64,000 nucleotides of DNA from Nemertoderma westbladi (taxonomy: Eukaryota > Animalia > Xenacoelomorpha). Made by a program: the position numbers and the translations under genes. Below are positions 54,601-64,000 of this stretch, one piece after another. The stretch is taken from the NCBI GenBank assembly GCA_032718475.1, contig JAUCBJ010003506.1:3547-67546 (forward strand), given 5' to 3'. The first letter of the stretch is position 1. Every line of letters begins with the position of its first letter. The notes under the pieces were generated by a model. It ran no database searches. It saw only the letters and a program-made list of their open reading frames with translations, and had not been told where the DNA came from.

Positions 54601-57600
54601 ACCATGATTATTGTCTCACACTACCATTATAATTGTATCACACAACCATTATAATTGTATCACACAACCATTATAATTGTATCACACTACAGTATTTATT
54701 GTTGTCTCGCACTAACATTACTATTGTCTCACACTACCATGATTATTGTTTCACACTACCATTATAATTGTATCACACAACCATTATAATTGTATCACAC
54801 AACCATTATAATTGTATCACACTACAGTAATTATTGTTGTCTCACACTACCATTATAATTGTATCACACTACAGTATTTATTGTTGTCTCGCACTAACAT
54901 TACTATTGTCTCACACTACCATTATAATTGTATCACACAACCATTATAATTGTATCACACAACCATTATAATTGTATCACACTACCATTATTATTGTCTC
55001 ACACTACAATTATTATTGTCCCACACTACCATTTGTATTGTCTCACACTATCATTATAATTGTATCACACTACAGTAATTATTGTTGTCTCGCACTACCA
55101 TAAGTATTGTCTCACACTACCATGATTATTGTCTCACACTACCATTATAATGGTATCACATTACAGTAATTATTGTTGTCTCACACTACCATTATTTATT
55201 GTCTCACACTACCATTATTATTATCTCACACTGCCATTATTATTGCTCACACTACAATTATTATTGTCTCACATTACCATTATTATTGTCTCACACTACA
55301 ATTATTATTGTCTCACACTACCATTATAATTGTATCACACTACAGTAATTATTGTTGTCTCACACTACCATTATTTATTGTCTCACACTACCATTATTAT
55401 TATCTCACACTACCATTATTATTGCTCACACTACAATTATTATTGTCTCACATTACCATTATTATTGTCTCACACTACAATTATTACTGTCTCACACTAC
55501 CATTATAATTGTATCACACTGCTGTAATTATTGTTGTCTCGCACTGCCATTATTATTATCTCACACTACCATTATTATTGTCTCACACTACAATTATTAT
55601 TGTCTCACATTACCATTATAATTGTATCACACTACAGTAATTATTATTGTCTCACACTACCATTATTATTATCTCACACTACCATTATTATTGTCTCACA
55701 CTACCATTATTATTGTCTCACACGACCATTATTATTGCTCACACTACAATTATTATTGTCTCACCCTACCATTATTATTGTCTCACACTACCATTATTAT
55801 TGCTCACACTACAATTATTATTGTCTCACACTACCATTATAATTGTATCACACTACAGTTATTATTGTTGTCTCGCAAAACCATCATTATTGCCCACAGT
55901 ACAATTATTATTGTCTCACACTACCAAAATAATTGTGTCACACTACAGTAATTATTGTTGTCTCGCACTGCCATTATTATTATCTCACACTACCATTATT
56001 ATTGTCTCACACTACCATTATTATTGCTCACACTGCAATTGTTATTGTCTCACATTACCATTATTATTGTATCACACTACAGTTATTATTGTTGTCTCGC
56101 AAAACCATCATTATTGCCCACAGTACAATTATTATTGTCTCACACTACCAAAATAATTGTGTCACACTACAGTAATTATTGTTGTCTCGCACTGCCATTA
56201 TTATTATCTCATACTACCATTATTATTGTCTCACACTACCATTATTATTGTCTCACACTACAATTATTATTGTCTCACACTACCATTATAATTGTATCAC
56301 ACTACCATTATTATTATCTCACACTACCATTATTATTGTCTCACACTACCATTATAATTGTCTCGCACTACCATTATTGTTGTCTCACACTACCATTATG
56401 TATTGTCTCACACTACCATTATTATTGTCTCACACTACCATTATAATTGTCTTACACTACCATTATTATTGTCTCACATTACCATTATTATTGTCTCACA
56501 CTACCATTATAATTGTATAACACAACCATTATAATTGTATCACACAACCATTATAATTGTATCACACTACAGTTATTATTGTCTCACACTACCATTATTA
56601 TTGTCTCACACTACCCTTATAATTGTATCACACTACAGTATTTATTGTTGTCTCGCACTAACATTACTATTGTCTCACACTACCATGATTATTGTCTCAC
56701 ACTACCATTATAATTGTATCACACAACCATTATAATTGTATCACATTACCATTATTATTGTCTCACACTACCATTATTATTGTCTCACACTACCATTATA
56801 ATTGTATCACACTACCATTATTATTGTCTCACACTACCATTATAATTGTATCACACTACAGTATTTATTGTTGTCTCGCACTAACATTACTATTGTCTCA
56901 CACTACCATGATTATTGTCTCACACTACCATTATAATTGTATCACACAACCTTTATAATTGTATTACACAACCATTATAATTGTATCACACTACAGTAAT
57001 TATTGTTGTCTCACACTACCATTATAATTGTATCACACTACAGTATTTATTGTTGTCTCGCACTAACATTACTATTGTCTCACACTACCATGATTATTGT
57101 CTCACACTACCATTATAATTGTATCACACAACCATTATAATTGTATCACACAACCATTATAATTGTATCACACTACATTTATTATTGTCTCAAACTACCA
57201 TTATTATTGTCTCACACTACCATTATAATTGTATCACACTACAGTATTTATTGCTGTCTCGCACTAACATTACTATTGTCTCACACTACCATGATTATTG
57301 TCTCACACTACCATTATAATTGTATCACACAACCATTATAATTGTATCACACAACCATTATAATTGTATCACACTACAGTAATTATTGTTGTCTCACACT
57401 ACCATTATAATTGTATCACACTACAGTATTTATTGTTGTCTCGCACTAACATTACTATTGTTTCACACTACCATTATAATTGTATCACACAACCATTATA
57501 ATTGTATCACACAACCATTATAATTGTATCACACTACCATTATTATTGTCTCACACTACAATTATTATTGTCCCACACTACCATTTGTATTGTCTCACAC

Positions 57601-60600
57601 TATCATTATAATTGTATCACACTACAGTATTTATTGTTGTCTCGCACTAACATTACTATTGTCTCACACTACCATGATTATTGTCTCACACTACCATTAT
57701 AATTGTATCACACAACCATTATAATTGTATCACACAACCATTATAATTGTATCACACTACAGTAATTATTGTTGTCTCACAATACCATTATAATTGTATC
57801 ACACTACAGTATTTATTGTTGTCTCGCACTAACATTACTATTGTCTCACACTACCATTATAATTGTATCACACAACCATTATAATTGTATCACACAACCA
57901 TTATAATTGTCTCACACTACCATTATTATTGTCTCACACTACCATTATAATTGTATCACACTACCATTATTATTGTCTCACACTACCATTATAATTGTAT
58001 CACTCTACAGTATTTATTGTTGTCTCGCACTAACATTACTATTGTCTCACACTACCATGATTATTGTCTCACACTACCATTATAATTGTATCACACAACC
58101 ATTATAATTGTATCACACAACCATTATAATTGTATCACACTACAGTAATTATTGTTGTCTCACACTACCATTATAATTGTATCACACTACAGTATTTATT
58201 GTTGTCTCGCACTAACATTACTATTGTCTCACACTACCATGATTATTGTCTCACACTACCATTATAATTGTATCACACAACCATTATAATTGTATCACAC
58301 AACCATTATAATTGTATCACACTACAGTAATTATTGTTGTCTCACACTACCATTATAATTGTATCACACAACCATTATAATTGTCTCACACTACCATTAT
58401 TATTGTCTCACACTACCATTATAATTGTATCACACTACCATTATTATTGTCTCACACTACCATTATAATTGTATCACTCTACAGTATTTATTGTTGTCTC
58501 GCACTAACATTACTATTGTCTCACACTACCATGATTATTGTCTCACACTACCATTATAATTGTATCACACAACCATTATAATTGTATCACACAACCATTA
58601 TAATTGTATCACAGTACAGTAATTATTGTTGTCTCACACTACCATTATAATTGTATCACACTACAGTATTTATTGTTGTCTCGCACTAACATTACTATTG
58701 TCTCACACTACCATGATTATTGTCTCACACTACCATTATAATTGTATCACACAACCATTATAATTGTATCACACAACCATTATAATTGTATCACACTACA
58801 GTTATTATTGTCTCACACTACCATTATTATTGTCTCACACTACCATTATTATTGCTCACACTACAATTATTATTGTCTCACACTACCATTATAATTGTAT
58901 CACACTACAGTTATTATTGTTACCATTATTATTGTCTCACACTACCATTATTATTGCTCACACTACAATTATTATTGTCTCACACTACCATTATAATTGT
59001 ATCACACTACAGTTATTATTGTTGTCTCGCAAAACCATCATTATTGCCCACAGTACAATTATTATTGTCTCACACTACCAAAATAATTGTGTCACACTAC
59101 AGTAATTATTGTTGTCTCGCACTGCCATTATTATTATCTCACACTACCATTATTATTGTCTCACACTACCATTATTATTGCTCACACTACAATTGTTATT
59201 GTCTCACATTACCATTATTATTGTATCACACTACAGTTATTATTGTTGTCTCGCAAAACCATCATTATTGCCCACAGTACAATTATTATTGTCTCACACT
59301 ACCAAAATAATTTTGTCACACTACAGTAATTATTGTTGTCTCGCACTGCCATTATTATTATCTCACACTACCATTATTATTGTCCCACACTACCATTATT
59401 ATTGCTCACACTACAATTATTATTGTCTCACACTACCATTATAATTGTATCACACTACCATTATTATTATCTCACACTACCATTATTATTGTCTCACACT
59501 ACCATTATAATTGTCTCGCACTACCATTATTATTGTCTCACACTACCATTATTTATTGTCTCACACTACCATTATTATTGTCTCACACTACCATTATAAT
59601 TGTCTCGCACTACCATTATTATTGTCTCACACTACCATTATTTATTGTCTCACACTACCATTATTATTATCTCACACTACCATTATTATTGTCTCACACT
59701 ACAATTATTATTGTATCACACTACCATTATTATTATCTCACACTACCATTATTATTGTCTCGCACTACCATTATTATTGCTCACAGTACAATTATTATTG
59801 TCTCACACTACCATTATTTATTGTCTCACACTACCATTATTATTATCTCACACTACCATTATTATTGTCCCACACAACCATTATTATTGCTCACACTACA
59901 ATTATTATTGTATCACACTACCATTATTATTGTCTCACACTATTATTATATTTGTATCACACTACAGTAATTATTGTTGTCTGGCACTGCCATTAGTATT
60001 GTCTCACACTACCATTATTATCGTCTCACACTACCATTATTATCGTCTCACACTACCATTATAATTGTATCACTCTACCATTATTATTGTCTCACACTAT
60101 CATTATAATTGTATCACACTACAGTAATTATTGTTGTATCACACAACCATTATAATTGTATCACACTACAGTAATTATTGTTGTCTCACACTACCATTAT
60201 AATTGTATCACACTACAGTATTTATTGTTGTCTCGCACTAACATTACTATTGTCTCACACTACCATGATTATTGTCTCACACTACCATTATAATTGTATC
60301 ACACAACCATTATAATTGTATCACACAACCATTATAATTGTATCACACTACAGTAATTATTGTTGTCTCACACTACCATTATAATTGTATCACACAACCA
60401 TTATAATTGTCTCACACTACCATTATTATTGTCTCACACTACCATTATAATTGTATCACACTACCATTATTATTGTCTCACACTACCATTATAATTGTAT
60501 CACTCTACAGTATTTATTGTTGTCTCGCACTAACATTACTATTGTCTCACACTACCATGATTATTGTCTCACACTACCATTATAATTGTATCACACAACC

Positions 60601-63600
60601 ATTATAATTGTATCACACAACCATTATAATTGTATCACACTACAGTTATTATTGTCTCACACTACCATTATTATTGTCTCACACTACCATTATAATTGTA
60701 TCACACTACAGTATTTATTGTTGTCTCGCACTAACATTACTATTGTCTCACACTACCATGATTATTGTCTCACACTACCATTATAATTGTATCACACAAC
60801 CATTATAATTGTATCACACAACCATTATAATTATATCACACTACAGTAATTATTGTTGTCTCACACTACCATTATAATTGTATCACACTACAGTATTTAT
60901 TGTTGTCTCCCACTAACATTACTATTGTCTCACACTACCATTATAATTGTATCACACAACCATTATAATTGTATCACACAACCATTATAATTGTATCACA
61001 CTACCATTATTATTGTCTCACACTACAATTATTATTGTCTCACACTACCATTTGTATTGTCTCACACTATCATTATAATTGTATCACACTACAGTTATTA
61101 TTGTTGTCTCGCAAAACCATCATTATTGCCCACAGTACAATTATTATTGTCTCACACTACCAAAATAATTGTGTCACACTACAGTAATTATTGTTGTCTC
61201 GCACTGCCATTATTATTATCTCACACTACCATTATTATTGTCTCACACTACCATTATTATTGCTCACACTACAATTGTTATTGTCTCACATTACCATTAT
61301 TATTGTATCACACTACAGTTATTATTGTTGTCTCGCAAAACCATCATTATTGCCCACAGTACAATTATTATTGTCTCACACTACCAAAATAATTTTGTCA
61401 CACTACAGTAATTATTGTTGTCTCGCACTGCCATTATTATTATCTCACACTACCATTATTATTGTCCCACACTACCATTATTATTGCTCACACTACAATT
61501 ATTATTGTCTCACACTACCATTATAATTGTATCACACTACCATTATTATTATCTCACACTACCATTATTATTGTCTCACACTACCATTATAATTGTCTCG
61601 CACTACCATTATTATTGTCTCACACTACCATTATTTATTGTCTCACACTACCATTATTATTGTCTCACACTACCATTATAATTGTCTCGCACTACCATTA
61701 TTATTGTCTCACACTACCATTATTTATTGTCTCACACTACCATTATTATTATCTCACACTACCATTATTATTGTCTCACACTACAATTATTATTGTATCA
61801 CACTACCATTATTATTATCTCACACTACCATTATTATTGTCTCGCACTACCATTATTATTGCTCACAGTACAATTATTATTGTCTCACACTACCATTATT
61901 TATTGTCTCACACTACCATTATTATTATCTCACACTACCATTATTATTGTCCCACACAACCATTATTATTGCTCACACTACAATTATTATTGTATCACAC
62001 TACCATTATTATTGTCTCACACTATTATTATATTTGTATCACACTACAGTAATTATTGTTGTCTGGCACTGCCATTAGTATTGTCTCACACTACCATTAT
62101 TATCGTCTCACACTACCATTATTATCGTCTCACACTACCATTATAATTGTATCACTCTACCATTATTATTGTCTCACACTATCATTATAATTGTATCACA
62201 CTACAGTAATTATTGTTGTATCACACAACCATTATAATTGTATCACACTACAGTAATTATTGTTGTCTCACACTACCATTATAATTGTATCACACTACAG
62301 TATTTATTGTTGTCTCGCACTAACATTACTATTGTCTCACACTACCATGATTATTGTCTCACACTACCATTATAATTGTATCACACAACCATTATAATTG
62401 TATCACACAACCATTATAATTGTATCACACTACAGTAATTATTGTTGTCTCACACTACCATTATAATTGTATCACACAACCATTATAATTGTCTCACACT
62501 ACCATTATTATTGTCTCACACTACCATTATAATTGTATCACACTACCATTATTATTGTCTCACACTACCATTATAATTGTATCACTCTACAGTATTTATT
62601 GTTGTCTCGCACTAACATTACTATTGTCTCACACTACCATGATTATTGTCTCACACTACCATTATAATTGTATCACACAACCATTATAATTGTATCACAC
62701 AACCATTATAATTGTATCACACTACAGTTATTATTGTCTCACACTACCATTATTATTGTCTCACACTACCATTATAATTGTATCACACTACAGTATTTAT
62801 TGTTGTCTCGCACTAACATTACTATTGTCTCACACTACCATGATTATTGTCTCACACTACCATTATAATTGTATCACACAACCATTATAATTGTATCACA
62901 CAACCATTATAATTATATCACACTACAGTAATTATTGTTGTCTCACACTACCATTATAATTGTATCACACTACAGTATTTATTGTTGTCTCCCACTAACA
63001 TTACTATTGTCTCACACTACCATTATAATTGTATCACACAACCATTATAATTGTATCACACAACCATTATAATTGTATCACACTACCATTATTATTGTCT
63101 CACACTACAATTATTATTGTCTCACACTACCATTTGTATTGTCTCACACTATCATTATAATTGTATCACACTACAGTAATTATTGTTGTCTCGCACTACC
63201 ATTAGTATTGTCTCACACTACCATGATTATTGTCTCACACTACCATTATAATGGTATCACACTACAGTAATTATTGTTGTCTCACACTACCATTATTTAT
63301 TGTCTCACACTACCATTATTATTATCTCACACTACAATTATTATTGCTCACACTACAATTATTATTGTCTCACATTACCATTATTATTGTCTCACACTAC
63401 AATTATTATTGTCTCACACTACCATTATAATTGTATCACACTACAGTAATTATTGTTGTCTCACACTATCATTATTTATTGTCTCACACTACCATTATTA
63501 TTATCTCACACTACCATTATTATTGCTCACACTACAATTATTATTGTCTCACATTACCATTATTATTGTCTCACACTACAATTATTACTGTCTCACACTA

Positions 63601-64000
63601 CCATTATAATTGTATCACACTACTGTAATTATTGTTGTCTCGCACTGCCATTATTATTATCTCACACTACCATTATTATTGTCTCACACTACAATTATTA
63701 TTGTCTCACACTACCATTATAATTGTATCACACTACAGTAATTATTGTTGTCTCACACTATCATTATTTATTGTCTCACACTACCATTATTATTATCTCA
63801 CACTACTATTATTATTGCTCACACTACAATTATTATTGTCTCACATTACCATTATTATTGTCTCACACTACAATTATTACTGTCTCACACTACCATTATA
63901 ATTGTATCACACTACTGTAATTATTGTTGTCTCGCACTGCCATTATTATTATCTCACACTACCATTATTATTGTCTCACACTACAATTATTATTGTCTCA
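21611..64000. repeat. Satellite DNA array, 22-bp monomer (cacactaccattat[t/a]attgt[c/a]t) with 20/23/25-bp variants and higher-order repeats; >42 kb, runs off the window
   Basis: Uninterrupted head-to-tail monomers (on the order of 1,900). Recurrent 8-monomer 182-bp unit (e.g. 26491 to 26673). Longer periods read from identical ORF-track blocks: 1996, 2082, 3674, 6014, 11545 and 13956 bp. Confidence 0.98.

Noticed and set aside
21613-63920. Hundreds of His/Tyr/Thr/Ile/Leu-rich ORFs (SHYHYYCLTLPLLLSHTTIII) in the ORF track
   Set aside because: They are translations of a 22-bp satellite cycling through three frames, mostly with non-ATG starts and the same peptide in all frames. Not genes.
21611-64000. 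CRISPR array
   Set aside because: No unique spacers between repeats, no cas genes, and a eukaryotic intron-containing context.
21611-64000. Telomeric repeat tract
   Set aside because: Not TTAGGG/TTAGG-like. The + strand running toward the window end is G-poor (wrong polarity for a right-hand telomere), and the array has HOR structure.

Overview
Animal (metazoan, AT-rich) genomic DNA, not prokaryotic. Bases 1-21.6 kb are gene-bearing. They contain a single-exon predicted secreted/GPI-anchored Cys-rich protein gene (- strand), a 3-exon prefoldin subunit 6 gene (- strand), and, head-to-head with it, the first three coding exons of a CCDC33-like gene (+ strand) preceded by an RFX X-box. The 12.6-kb first CCDC33 intron holds four decayed RTE-X-type LINE pieces arranged as two inverted pairs. 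It also holds a 319-bp insertion with a 12-bp TSD that carries a minimal hammerhead ribozyme placed between Pol III A- and B-box motifs, several DNA-transposon relics, a complete intronless same-strand GNL3/nucleostemin-family GTPase gene, and a 14/15-bp minisatellite next to the exon 2 acceptor. About 16 nt after the exon 3 splice donor a 22-bp satellite with higher-order repeats begins and runs >42 kb to the window end, so it appears to fill a giant intron. Non-coding DNA is strongly enriched in TA-flanked short motifs (TACAGTA/TACTGTA, TAGGCCTA, TACCGGTA) that resemble transposon excision footprints. All ORFs called in the satellite are artefacts. Gene identities come from recalled family sequence and hand translation; no database search was run.
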